Made by a program: the position numbers and the translations under genes. A stretch of 64,000 nt of DNA from assembly GCA_044226015.1 (NCBI GenBank), contig JBGAHS010000007.1, positions 416,001-480,000 on the forward strand. Direction: 5' to 3'. The stretch's first letter is position 1, and every line of letters starts with the position of its first letter. The notes under the pieces are model-generated. The model was not told where the DNA came from. It did no database searches and saw only the letters and a list, made by a program, of their open reading frames with translations. Source of the DNA: Candidatus Obscuribacteraceae bacterium (GTDB taxonomy: Bacteria > Cyanobacteriota > Vampirovibrionia > Obscuribacterales > Obscuribacteraceae). Shown piece after piece: positions 10,501-20,100 of this stretch.

Positions 10501-13500
10501 GTTGGTCGCTGAGACGCTTATATTGGAACTCGCTGTGAGAGCGATACTTCCGCCATCACCTACTTGCAGTGAGGAGGAGTTGCTGATTAGCAAGCCACCA
10601 GTTCCAGTGTTGTTAATTGATATGCTTCCCGAACTCTTTCCACTTGCGTCAACGCCAGTAATTCCATTGACTCCGCTGGCATCACCAATATTGATTGCAC
10701 TAGTCGATTTTGTGCTAATCGAAATTGTGCCACCGTTACCACCTGTGGTGGCATCGGAGCTTGCTGAAAGTGTCCCTACAATTTTTACGTTACCTTGGCC
10801 GGAAGTTCCAGCGGCAATGCTGATCGTTCCTCCAGGGGTAGGACTACCTGCGGCTCCCGAAGCTTGGAGAGCGTTTCCAGAATTTATAGTGAGGTCTTTT
10901 CCAGCATTTATAGTTATTGCGCCGGCGCCTTTGCCACCCAATGTATCTACAGGACGAACATCTGCTCGTAATTCGCCTGCAGAAGAACCGAATGTGAGGC
11001 TTCCCGCAGCTGCTGTGATGCTAATTATGCCACCGTTATTCTGTCCTCTTGAGCTGATTCCCGAGTTAGATATAGCATTAACTGAGTTTGCCGTCAGCAA
11101 AACAGTGGGTACCGATGTCGTACTTGTTGTGGTGTTAGTTACGTTTCCATTTAGCGTAATGGTTCCGCTGGCGGTGACAACTATTGAGCTTGACTTATTC
11201 AATGCGTTGGAAAGACTCGTAGCGGCTAGCTGTATGTTGCCGCCCGAAAGGACTGTAATGTTGTCTCCGTTAGAAACGAGAGGACCTGCAACTGAAATCG
11301 AGCCTTGTGAAATGCCGCTGCCTTTGGCTGGTGTAGCGAGTCCTGTAGCGTCATAGCTTATGTCTGTAGTAGCTAGCTGCGAAGTATTGATCGCGATCGA
11401 GCCAGTGCCATCAGAACTTGGTCCGCCTGCTGAATTTATAGAGCCAGCGCTTACGGTGTTGCTTGCGTTAGCGCCAGCCAGCAATAAGATTGAACCGTTA
11501 AGTGTATCGCCACCAGAGCCAGATGATATGTTAGAACCGGAAGGAGTTTCGATTCGCCCCGAACCATTCGTATTGCCTAATGTAGCGACAAGGCTAATAT
11601 CACCGGCTTTGAAGGATGAGGATGCCGTGCTGATAGAAGATACTGCTGCACCACTTTGATTAAGTAGTATGCTACCGCCAGTGAAAGAAGGACCTTTAAT
11701 CAAAATGGAATCATTCTTGCTTCCGTTTACTTCGGTATCGACACCCGCGAACATGGCAATTCTGCCTGAATCCTTGATGCTGGATGTTGTGCTGATGACC
11801 GCGCCACTGAACACGGACGTAATGTTTCCACCTGCAAAGATCCCAATATTTCCGCCTTGAGTGCTCACTGAACCTACAGCGAGATCTTGTCCTGCCACCA
11901 TCAGAATGTTGGCTCCATCCGTTTGTACAGAGCTACTTGCAGAAGAGCCTACGACCATGGAAGCTCTTTGTGTTGCGCCTGCTGTAATGGTTCCAGTCAT
12001 CGTGCCATCAAGAATCTGAACAGAACTCATCGTCACTGAGGAAGTTTGCATTATGACGCCACCTGTACCGGTAGCAGTCAGGTCACCAACGGTGTTGATA
12101 GTTCCTACGGTCATGCCAGTGCCGTTTACTGCACCGGAAATAAGAGTAACGTCTCCGTTTGTGTTGATTCCGCCGGTCAATATTGAACTAGAGTTTCCGA
12201 GGTTTACTTGACCTGAGCCAGCATCTGCACCAGCCATGCCTATAACTGTTACTTTTCCACCGTCGGCAGTCTTGCTTGTGGCATCGATCGTTACTGGTGC
12301 TGCGCTGAAATTGATACTGCCTCCAGTGGCTGAAGGACCTACAACTGTCAGCGCAGTGCTGCTGTCGTTGGAATTGCCAGTATCGGTAGCGTCCGGTATG
12401 GGAACTGCCAGCAGTTTGGCTCCTGCAATGATCGTGATAGCTCCTGCCTGTGATGCGGCTGAGCTTGTATCAATCTTGAATGTTGAGGTTGACGTGACGT
12501 CACCTCGAGCCACAATTGCTACATCTGCTCCCGGAGAAAGTACATCTCCCGACAGAGTAATATTTCCATTTGTGTTGAAGTATGTTGGGTCGCCTGATAT
12601 GTCCAGTGTTCCCAATTGCAAATTTGGAGTTGCTGCTGTGACATGAGCCTCGCCAGCCGAAATGTTCACGACGCCAGTTACATTCCGGGCATCGATATCT
12701 ACGGAGCCGCAAGCACCAAATACATTCAAGTTCTTGGACAGAAGATCTCCGCCCAATAACTGAAAGTTGGTCTTTCCTACATTTGAAATATCTCTGACGT
12801 TGATATCGCCAAGCAACGCTTGCAAGCTTCCACTTGTGTTGTTAACGAGTATGTTAGAAAGCATAGCGGCAGTGATATTGATGTTCCCACTGGTACTACT
12901 AATGATACCGCTATTTACAATGTTGCTTGCATTCAGAGTGAGGTTTTGCAGCGCAGTAAGAGATGCAATTGCGTTGCTAGCAGAATTTACCAGGCTATCG
13001 GAGGCATTAAGAATTAAGGAACCTGAGCTGCTTATTGAGCCAGCATTGTTTATGTTGGCTGCCGTCAAGGTCATATTTAGATTGTGAACAGCTCCAGTAA
13101 TACCGAGTAATGAATTGGGAATTACTGTGGAGATCAAGCCTCCCGGTAAATTGAATATGTTAGAGGCATTGATGTTTGCGGTCGATATTGCAGGGTTATT
13201 GCTATATGAATAGAACTTGCCTGCGTTACTCAAATCGCCACTGAAATTCAGAGTGCTCAACGAACTAAAATTCGCTAACGCTGTGACGCCATTCGGTACG
13301 TTAAGAGCACCGAGAGAATGACCGATGTCTGATGTGACACTGAACCTTCCGCCAACAGCGCTGCCTTGCTGATTGATTAGGATTGTTTGTTTGCCACCAT
13401 GCAAAACTTGAGATAGAGCTACGGCTTCCGCTGGCGTCAGCATTTGCCCTGGGCTAATTAATTGTCTGTGATCTCCAACCCTGATAGCGACCGGGTCCTG

Positions 13501-13701
13501 ATTGCTGGCTGGAATCGTTGCGCTGTTTGAGCCGAGATTGTAGGACTGTCCAAGCGCTGGTACAAACTGACCCAGCATAACCGTGCTGCTCAAGACGCTG
13601 AGGAGTTTGAATTGCAAGTTTCGGTGCGGCCGTTTGAATTTGACTGGCGTAAACCGGAATGGTTTGATCAGGTTTTTCAGCCAGCGGTGACGAATTTGCA
13701 T
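4504..13701 (-). CDS. Giant (3065 aa) secreted filamentous-haemagglutinin-like beta-helical surface protein
   Basis: Basic N-terminus plus signal peptide. G/S/T/N/A-rich with repeated GG.I.I.A strands. Collinear paralog of 17155..26265. Confidence 0.8.
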   Translation of the reverse strand: MQIRHRWLKNLIKPFRFTPVKFKRPHRNLQFKLLSVLSSTVMLGQFVPALGQSYNLGSNSATIPASNQDPVAIRVGDHRQLISPGQMLTPAEAVALSQVLHGGKQTILINQQGSAVGGRFSVTSDIGHSLGALNVPNGVTALANFSSLSTLNFSGDLSNAGKFYSYSNNPAISTANINASNIFNLPGGLISTVIPNSLLGITGAVHNLNMTLTAANINNAGSISSSGSLILNASDSLVNSASNAIASLTALQNLTLNASNIVNSGIISSTSGNINITAAMLSNILVNNTSGSLQALLGDINVRDISNVGKTNFQLLGGDLLSKNLNVFGACGSVDIDARNVTGVVNISAGEAHVTAATPNLQLGTLDISGDPTYFNTNGNITLSGDVLSPGADVAIVARGDVTSTSTFKIDTSSAASQAGAITIIAGAKLLAVPIPDATDTGNSNDSSTALTVVGPSATGGSINFSAAPVTIDATSKTADGGKVTVIGMAGADAGSGQVNLGNSSSILTGGINTNGDVTLISGAVNGTGMTVGTINTVGDLTATGTGGVIMQTSSVTMSSVQILDGTMTGTITAGATQRASMVVGSSASSSVQTDGANILMVAGQDLAVGSVSTQGGNIGIFAGGNITSVFSGAVISTTSSIKDSGRIAMFAGVDTEVNGSKNDSILIKGPSFTGGSILLNQSGAAVSSISTASSSFKAGDISLVATLGNTNGSGRIETPSGSNISSGSGGDTLNGSILLLAGANASNTVSAGSINSAGGPSSDGTGSIAINTSQLATTDISYDATGLATPAKGSGISQGSISVAGPLVSNGDNITVLSGGNIQLAATSLSNALNKSSSIVVTASGTITLNGNVTNTTTSTTSVPTVLLTANSVNAISNSGISSRGQNNGGIISITAAAGSLTFGSSAGELRADVRPVDTLGGKGAGAITINAGKDLTINSGNALQASGAAGSPTPGGTISIAAGTSGQGNVKIVGTLSASSDATTGGNGGTISISTKSTSAINIGDASGVNGITGVDASGKSSGSISINNTGTGGLLISNSSSLQVGDGGSIALTASSNISVSATNSGTSLKAPAGTITLKANSFVLSKNLQLNVDGSSTALNAGTIDITSTGFGATANRGGKVTIGNGINDFALSANGDSSSGNAGTVSITAASNISIATAGLQVTAGASNASGGTLILKAGLGTKQTGTVFVDGPINLKASASAPLSGGHLSINTNSTQILTISDGSKIPVNGVNGAIDISGSGAGSITLSNAAAGVSVLGNLVTPSTTGSGATVTINATKGDISLTNAAGLDVSSQSGAAGSIALTAAAGKITYTKLSANGSVSGAGGSITMQSFNAKVIAVDASKLTVSGSAAGNITVTNTGAGGISFVPAAATFQSTGDAGQLTLNARGGGNVTVSADLDLSSSSGNGGAVILSALKGNVSAFNINVSGGATKNGGAVQLTSNSSKPFVIDPLATVTPVNGLKGSLNASGGNGGSISIMNIGGGVTVPASALSMSAALGNAGNLNLNASKGDLFVNGNLNLSNTGLGGSITLVSNSTKTFFIGSPSNTLPTNPNSVGAVSADGATGGKVLVQNLGTGGIGLSEAISASGTSGAAGSIIIDASSKGKIAFVSPVAAISLSATSSSGTGGTIRLNASSYSFNANNSPVAVSSSGTTGGSVSIYSALTKQNIAIGAGTNAFNISATGSNGAGGIVAISSGGDLTVDVSGLSTAASGNGNGANISLFAGTAGPGNLQITGSLSANGQGTGNGGMISLLSNGTLPFFLDGSTGITNGITGSISATGGAGGNIGVKNTGTGGMQVNVGKLTVTANSAQGGSVALEAPTGSIAFVTSGTLDASAKTGSNKRGGGIIISAQKLLVNGINLLLSADSDGNQRAGQILVTQLNPTTPLVLGSQAGQINVSVSHHSFIPPMIATFTSANNIDVASNFGDVNASIVLQTNPTGTGTIKTLNGSVITSQDLRLNTGLGDIGATQSTPANATVPFSTIGANNLQTAVSGNFWVDSKGGNIYIQNRDNNLAFVDFKQFSNGKAQFMTLSSNKDIGLSNLIGRGNTRIDLSSDGNIAMFGNLFFKSFITAPQINIKAAGTITQPQGSYVGEKNASLLISAGAGDINLVSTNASTIKLIGNGANISLNNLGTISNLIIAKNTQFNNVTVSANGSIALVREDATSLSQVSGKLTLKTNPGSNGSIIISTPLKAADLNLDADGFGNLIETVSILQIDLSNSATLKSGVGNIGSSFAPYQLQAPTVTLSTGGAGMVYVSDFLSTGVTLKSSQSGGAFQFDAGGQLTISGDITAKYGFVDISINNLTTTGLLKVDDNVTIFAGGAGGRSSALTLDNASKNSEIQIGNGAQLISNGQMNLTFNFNPGSKGSVFTNSNFNIYTSGSNNIYLAGDGTVVANGPTKDAAFATGADILFYTGTTGQFSTPGKLTIDEGASFTARAPRTGLTSLDFTDKVASDGIRFFATQPNSGIKVANLSPATGAISSGDIYIDSSVDLTMLAALNIPAKVTVHFTGFDQNSPIGIRRENDGNPFVTPKNISIAGKLIFEQSNSKFTSTVPSSPQIAVLSTIPGATFSLASTGSITSDANLTVFSGGDASIAGSMSAPAHLSFIASAGNNFKTNAATPGTLSGAISLNGKLTSVSTTGLANLDVSTTAGFFQTGGAIQADTFNLKVVGSNQILQKNGTITAKNMNVLGGEFGATFSLTKNAFNVQNASYMDNQVAGSNLVIGSNSQLTLTGWTDTARIVGPTIRIGTSSFFCTYCTAESQHLTLDGDIATSLAGYGTVLVKNQTASSSLLIDGDSSLHGTNGVTVLMTNGAGNLTVTAFSIFTTAGNILVDSKGSTNLSNFIEGGQLANFNGPVFAPWTIQTRSAITVNSAKDLRLSVVAPSFWDTTNDITVKAANIDLGSFTTIMAYGGNVSILGSGNISSGINNKIEAHAYGSAATNITGGVIELSAGSTVSTAAASILLPPGTRPLDTFGASISGSGAVQYNVTTTGIITLNSILTLQGGAITVTAKGKTVSIPSATLKSFSYRPISYPEYVDTQNSDDELIVDADDGLEF

Positions 13702-14099
13702 TGCAATACCTCATTTTTCAAGTGAAGCGATGAAGCTTTCTTAGAGCTCACAGAGATCTGGATTTTACATTCAATATATGAAAATTGTCTGAATCTGAAT
13801 TAACCACTTCTTGGCAAGCGCGGCGCGTTCGTCCGTAAACGCTTGGGAGGCGAGGGCGCTGGGCCGCTTGGGTTGCAGTCCTTGCAAATGGCAAATGCCG
13901 CGTTTGTGTTAGTTTTTTGCGAATGTCGGCCAAAATTGTAAGGTAAGCAACATTTTGCCTTGCCAGTTGCTCTTCCGGTTGGCGGTTTTCCTGCATCAAC
14001 CATTGGGATGATTTTAAACTACAAATGCTTACTCACCTTGACCGATGAATAAATCAGTTGAATTGGTAATAATTGGAAATGGATTTTAGGAGCATCGAA

Positions 14100-14471
14100 A
14101 TGATAAAGCGGTTTTTTGAAATTCTGAGTATTCCTCTGGTAATCATTTTACTTACTGCTCCCGCGATCTCGAAAGGCTCTAACAAGCCTGATGGCGCAAA
14201 ATTATTTGCACAATATTGTTCAAAGTGTCACGCTGGTGGTGGCAATTCTGTGAAACCGAAACATCCAATAGCTGGTTCAAAACAGCTCAATAACATGCTT
14301 GTGTTCAAAGCTTATTTGAATGAGCCACCAGGTCACATGCCCTACTATCAGAATCTTGTGAAAGACAAAGAACAGGTTCAAGCTCTATACGATTTTTGTA
14401 AGTCTCGCTATGGAGAATCGACCCAAAAACAGTCAAGCATTTTTCGAGATCAATTGTTAGCGCAGGAATAG
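14100..14471 (+). CDS. Exported monoheme cytochrome c, c6-like
   Basis: Signal peptide, GAKLFAQYCSKCHAGGGN heme motif, distal GHMP Met ligand. AGGAG RBS before ATG 14100. Confidence 0.85.
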   Translation: MIKRFFEILSIPLVIILLTAPAISKGSNKPDGAKLFAQYCSKCHAGGGNSVKPKHPIAGSKQLNNMLVFKAYLNEPPGHMPYYQNLVKDKEQVQALYDFCKSRYGESTQKQSSIFRDQLLAQE

Positions 14472-14507
14472 ACAACGCACTATATTTGGTGCGTGGAGGA
14501 CTGACAA

Positions 14508-15317
14508 ATGAGCTTAGGAAACGTTATGAATTCTGAATCAGAGATTCATTTGTGGCAGGCAAAAATTGGTGCCGGTCGAATGGCATATCAGAGTGGGCTT
14601 TATCCTCAGGCAGCACGGCATTTTAGGGCTGCGATGGAAATGGTAAAGGAAAAGGATTTGCCTGCCGACCTGCTAAGTATTTCTATGTTGAATCTCGCAA
14701 AAACGCTTGGGTCCATCGGTGAGTTTGCCGAGGCAGAAGAGTTGCTTAAGAAGACTCTGTCTTTTGACGAATCTGAATTCGCTGTTGATTCGACCATGGC
14801 GGTTGAGTTGATAGAAGACTTTCATCAGCTAAGTTTGCTTTACTGGCGAGCTTCGCGGGTAGAAAATGCTCGGCAAGCCTTGCAGCGTGCACTTGAGTTG
14901 CTGTCAAAATCCAAGGACATTCCAGATGAATTGATAGCTAAATTGCTTAAGCATCAAGCAGTTCTAGCTGAGTTGAGCGGTGATTTGCAGCAATGTGAAA
15001 AGATGGTGAATAAAGCAATCGCTTTTATAGCTGAAAGTAAAGTCCTTGGAAAATATTCCACCATATATGGTGACTGCCTGTTTGTTAAGGTTGTCTTGCT
15101 CACCGAACAAAACCGATTTGATGAGGCTCTGGAAAACTATCGAGAAGGCATGCATGTTATGGAGCTGACTCATGGAGAAATGCATCCAAAAATTGTTGAA
15201 CATTTGGAGGTTCTAGGAAAGCTTGCTGCGAAAAAGGGGTTCGCAGACACCGCAGATCATCTGCTGAAGAAAGCTGAACACATGCGCCTCCAATTGAGAA
15301 AGAAAGACGCGTTTTAG
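14508..15317 (+). CDS. Tetratricopeptide-repeat protein
   Basis: Repeated helical pairs (NLAKTLGSIGEFAEAEELLKKTL; HGEMHPKIVEHLEVLG). GGAGG RBS. Confidence 0.8.
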   Translation: MSLGNVMNSESEIHLWQAKIGAGRMAYQSGLYPQAARHFRAAMEMVKEKDLPADLLSISMLNLAKTLGSIGEFAEAEELLKKTLSFDESEFAVDSTMAVELIEDFHQLSLLYWRASRVENARQALQRALELLSKSKDIPDELIAKLLKHQAVLAELSGDLQQCEKMVNKAIAFIAESKVLGKYSTIYGDCLFVKVVLLTEQNRFDEALENYREGMHVMELTHGEMHPKIVEHLEVLGKLAAKKGFADTADHLLKKAEHMRLQLRKKDAF

Positions 15318-15339
15318 AAGTAAATATGAGGAGATTTAG

Positions 15340-15768
15340 ATGAGCAAATCAATCTATGGACTGCTGGTATGCTTGATACTTTGCCAGGCTGTTTTGGTAT
15401 GCTCGTCGACCGCTCAAGCTAATGAGAAGGCGCAAAAGAAAGGCACTGCCAAGAAAGCTAGTGTTAAGTCAAAGCCTAAGATGACTTCGGCTGAAGAAGT
15501 AAAGGAAGGCAAAGTCCTATTCAAAGCCTACGATTGTGCTGCCTGTCACACCATTGAAGGAAAAGGCTGCACGGACGGCATTGCGTTGGATCACGAAGGA
15601 GCCAAGAGAAGTGAACAGTTCATTTTTGATCAGTTGAAAGATCCTGAAGCTCATGTGAGCAAAAATCCGAAAGCGTTTGGTGGCGATCCTGTCAACCTCA
15701 TGCCCAAAACAGACTTTGAACCTAACGAGCTCCGACTCATATGCAAATATCTGCACAGCCTTAAATAG
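15340..15768 (+). CDS. Exported monoheme cytochrome c
   Basis: Signal peptide, Lys-rich linker, GKVLFKAYDCAACH, distal NLMP. GAGGAG RBS. Confidence 0.85.
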   Translation: MSKSIYGLLVCLILCQAVLVCSSTAQANEKAQKKGTAKKASVKSKPKMTSAEEVKEGKVLFKAYDCAACHTIEGKGCTDGIALDHEGAKRSEQFIFDQLKDPEAHVSKNPKAFGGDPVNLMPKTDFEPNELRLICKYLHSLK

Positions 15769-15787
15769 CTTTTGATGAAGGTATTTT

Positions 15788-16252
15788 TCAGGAGCCTTTG
15801 GTCTTCTCTGACAGATCTAAGCGCAATACTTCAACTTTGCAGGATGTTTTGCTTTCGATTTCGCGGGCTATATCTTCGATCTTTTGCCGTTCGCCAGGGT
15901 CAACATTGTGAGCGGGCATCATGATTACGGATGGTCCCCAATCTGTGGCGGTGCTCATTATCTCAGCTTTGAAGTCTCCTTCTCTGAGTTCGAAATGAGT
16001 CCTTCCTTGTGGAACCTGTTCAAGTAGTTTCCTGCGGGCATTGCTAACAAGGTTATCTGCGAACGACCGCCTCTTCTTGCTCAACTCAAGCTGCATTCCT
16101 GCCCACTTTTCGCCCGCCCAATTAGCGTCTCCTAGTGAGTGGGATATGTAGACGAGCTTAAACTCAGTGTTTTCAGCCCAGGGTCTATGACAGATTATGT
16201 CCAAGGCGTGCTCGGAAAAGGGTGAATCGTCTAGTGCGACCAGGACTTTCAT
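15788..16252 (-). CDS. Universal stress protein (single Usp domain)
   Basis: MKVLVALDDSPFSEHAL, LREGD, VIMMPAH, SCKVEVLR. Confidence 0.8.
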   Translation of the reverse strand: MKVLVALDDSPFSEHALDIICHRPWAENTEFKLVYISHSLGDANWAGEKWAGMQLELSKKRRSFADNLVSNARRKLLEQVPQGRTHFELREGDFKAEIMSTATDWGPSVIMMPAHNVDPGERQKIEDIAREIESKTSCKVEVLRLDLSEKTKGS

Positions 16253-16758
16253 ACGTGCTCCAAAAGGATCAACTTAAATACTGACATATTTGCAAGTGTT
16301 TCAACATCAACCGAGTTGCTGAATTGCAGCCCCCATAAGGCGGAGAAACCAATCGTCTATGTCGTAATCATCCAGCAGGTTTCGGACGTTTATGAAGTGC
16401 AGGTGCTCTTGTCCGACCTCATTGAAAACGCAACTATTGTGGGCAAAAACGCTGAGCTTCTACACGTCAACCTGCTACCAGGTTGTCCGGACGTGTCACT
16501 GGAACTAATGTCACCAATGATGGTGGCTATTGTCGTCTCCTCCTGCTTCGTTGAGAATACACTCTTTTGCTGGCTGCTCCAACTGCTAGCCAAAAAAGAC
16601 TCGATAAAGTCCTCGTAGAAAGAGAATCTAGCCGTCGCAATTGCGTAGGATGGTTTAACTCCTCCTCTGAAGAGTGAACCCTTTGTTCGACTTAGCTCTT
16701 CTGTCGCTCTTCAGGTAGGATGGGGCTTGTAGATAAGAGCGGCATTTTAGAAACCGCC

Positions 16759-16809
16759 TCCATTGAGAATTCGCTTCCATTGAGAATTTAGCTCCACTTA
16801 GAATTCACA
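16759..16809. repeat. Three tandem imperfect 17-bp repeats
   Basis: tccattgagaattcgct / tccattgagaatttagc / tccacttagaattcaca read directly. Confidence 0.75.
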
Positions 16810-17154
16810 CCAGCAAGCTCAGTCCTAACGAGGTTAATGTTGACTCGGGGTGCAGAAGGAGTTAACTCCAAATTGTGCGTCGGTTCGGGAGCCGCTGACT
16901 CAATTCACTGGAGGTTCAAAACTAAGCCGTTAGTTTTAATTGGTTCTTTAGCCGTGACCCCACTAATGCTGTAGCGCCGTTGAAAGCTAAGCCAGCAAAT
17001 GTTTCCAGCTTACAGTTACCTGTCTTGAAGCTGAAAAGTATCTTTAAATTAGACCTTAGAATGAACCAAAAGAGTAGAATTAGACTCTTGTAGGCGATCC
17101 GATGCAGCTAACTTGCTTGGCGACTTTGCTTCGGGTCTTTCGTGAGGGCTGAAG

Positions 17155-20100
17155 ATGACAACTCGTGGAAAGAAACTGGCAGCGAAAAAGGCAAGCAGAG
17201 CATTTGAAAAACCTGTGCTTCTAGCTATGTCAGGCGGATTGGTTCTAAGTGGATTCATGCAAGCCGCATTCGCAGAGACCTCTTACAATCTCAACTCCAC
17301 GAGTACTACAGTGAACTCAAGCAACCAGAACCCTGTTGTAATCAACATCGGTGGGGTGCGTCATAACATTTCTCCTGGATCGATGGTTACACCAGCTGAG
17401 ATGGTGGCAATAAATCAGGTACTTGGCACTGGCAAACAAACAATTGTTTTAGGTGCTCAAGGCAATGCCGTTGGTGGACGCATGAATGTTGGCGTGGACA
17501 TTGGTGCCTCACTGGGGAATCTAGCCGTTCCCCACAATGTCACTGCATTGGCAAACTTCAGCACCCAGAGCAACTTCAATTTAACTGGCGATTTATCCAA
17601 TGCAGGTCGCTTCTATGCTTACTCGAATAATTCGGCAGTCAATGCGGCCGTTATTAACGCAGCAAACATCTTCAACTTGCCTGGTGGAATCATAAGTTCA
17701 GTTGTACCAGGTTCGCTGCTGGGAATTACTGGTGCGGTTCATCCTCTGTCGCTGGTCATGAATACCAGCGGCGTAATCAATAATGCCGGACTCATCAGCA
17801 GCTCTGCTGGATTGACCATGAATGCAGCTGGCGGTATCGTTAATGCTCTTCCATCTGGAGTTACCGGCATTGCACCATCTATGGTGGCGGCAACAAATCT
17901 GACCATGCTTGCTTCAAACATAGTAAACAGCGGAATTATCAATGCCGTAGCCGGCAATATAAATGTTGCCACAGTCGTACCTGCTAACATTCAATTCAAC
18001 AACGCTAGGGGAATTCTTAGTGCGCTTAACGGGGCTATAAATATTCGGGACAATTCATTTGCAGGAAAAGAGAATTTCTCGCTTTTGGGCGGCGACGTTC
18101 TGTCGAATAGTCTGAATGTCTTCGAAGGCTGCGGTTCTGCCAATATTAATGTCAATAACCTGACAGGAATCGTCAATGTAGATGCCGGCGAGGCTCATGT
18201 CACCGCTTCCACGAGTAATCTTCAATTGGGCACCATGCGCATAACGGGTGACCCAACTTTCTTTAATCTGGCAGGCGATGTTCAACTCAACGGAGACATT
18301 TCGACTTCAGGAAATGCTCTGGCCATAGTTGCAAGCGGCGATATAACGAGTTCGAAGGCGAGTCTCACAATCGATACTTCGAGCGGTACTGCAGATTCTG
18401 GCGCTCTTATAATGGTGGCTGGAGCCAATGCGACTTTAGACCCTGTAGCAAACGCTGGACAAATTGACAATGACTCGACTTCGACTTTAACAATTCAGGG
18501 TCCATCCGCTAGCGGTGGAAGCATCGATTTAGGATCAACTGCAGTGACTGTATACACACTCGCGTCATCTTCATTTCAGCCCGGATCTGTGAAGTTGATC
18601 GCTTTCGCCGGTGCTAATCGCCTCACCGGGCGAGTCGATATGCCGAATTCTACTATTGATTCAAGTGGTGGACCAGTCTCAACATCAACGGGATCCGTCA
18701 CTGTACTGGCAGCTGCAAATAGCGGTACCGGGGTGAGTTTGAATTCAGTCAAAGCTAGTGGCGCCATCACGATTATGACGCAGGCTCCGAGTATCGCCGC
18801 AGACATAATTGATGGCGTTGTAACTGGAACAATTGAGAGCGGGAAATTCTCGAATTCTTCTGTGAGTGTAGGTAATCTAGAAACCGCTAACGGCGCTAAT
18901 TCCATTCTGATTTATGCTGGGCAAGATGTGACATTTAACTCAACTGATGTCAAAACTGATCAGGGCTCAGTTGGCGTCTTCGCAGGAAGGAACATTGGCT
19001 CGTCCACTCTCATTAATGTTACAAGCGTCGGCGTATCCGCTGGCTTGCCTGGGACAATAACTATGGCTGCGGGAGTCAAGGCAGGAGAGCCGCAGAGTTC
19101 TCCTGCCTTCGATGAGCTATATATTGATGGACCTTCTCTTTCCGGTGGTTCGATAAACCTGACTGCTCTCAAGTCGATGAATGCTTCTGGGGGAGGTTCG
19201 TCACCTATATTGCTTTTGGCGAATCAAGGACTGTCCTCAGGTTCGGGTCGAGTTCTTATGCCTCTGGCAACTGTATCTAGTGCTGATGTAAGCGGCGGTA
19301 ACCAAATTGCAATTATTGCGGGCTCTAAAACAGCAGGTTCTGACGCAATAACAATAGGCTCTTTGAACGCAAATGGTTCGACTGCGGCTAACTCAATGAC
19401 CACATACATCTTAACTGGGCAACAGAGTTCTCCAATTGATTACCTGACTTATCAGGACACAGCGCTTCCTGACGTTAACAGAAACGGTAAGGGCGACGTA
19501 AGTTTAGGTAATGTGACCGCTGGCAACGTGGATATTTTTTCAGGCGGGAAGGTGAATGCTGGAAAAATTACTGCATTTGAGGGCAAAGTTATGCTCACCG
19601 CCGGTGGTGTAGCAACGATTTCAGATATCGACGTTAGTTCTAGCAGTGTGGCAGCAGGCGAAATTGATATTTCTGTAGCTTCACTGAGCAACTCAGTTAA
19701 TTCAACCTTTAATGCCTCCGGATTTGGTGGCGGTATCATTAACATTGAAACCACGGACCAAACGCAACCTCTCGTATTTGGAACTGGTAGCAATCAGTTC
19801 AAGCTAGATGTGACTAACAATGATGTTGTTGGTGCTAGTCAGGTCACAATTAAAGCGGCAGGAAATCTAGTTATCGATGCTAATACTTTTGTGGCCACCT
19901 CAAAAGGTGATGGTGCAACGCTAGACCTGAGTGCTGGAAATCGTGGGCAGGGCTTACTCTTAATCACAAATCCCCTCTCAGCCACTGGCGGAAATCCGGG
20001 TGGCACAGGAGGAACTGTCAAACTTTCTAGCAACAGTCCGACGCCTTTCAGCATAGGTGGATTCGTTTTCACCAACGGTGTTGCTGCTGTTAATACTAGG

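Noticed and set aside
13800..13880. GC-rich hairpin (caagcg...cgcttg) upstream of the first giant gene as a c-di-GMP riboswitch
   Set aside because: The GEMM consensus elements were not found. Only a generic stem is present
16316..16618. 100-aa + strand ORF in the usp/giant-gene intergenic region
   Set aside because: TTG start without a clear RBS and no recognisable motif. It cannot be supported, though it is not excluded
16655..16780. 41-aa minus-strand ORF containing KGFTL (prepilin-like)
   Set aside because: No Glu at +5 and no hydrophobic helix follows. A stop comes four codons later, so it is likely coincidence
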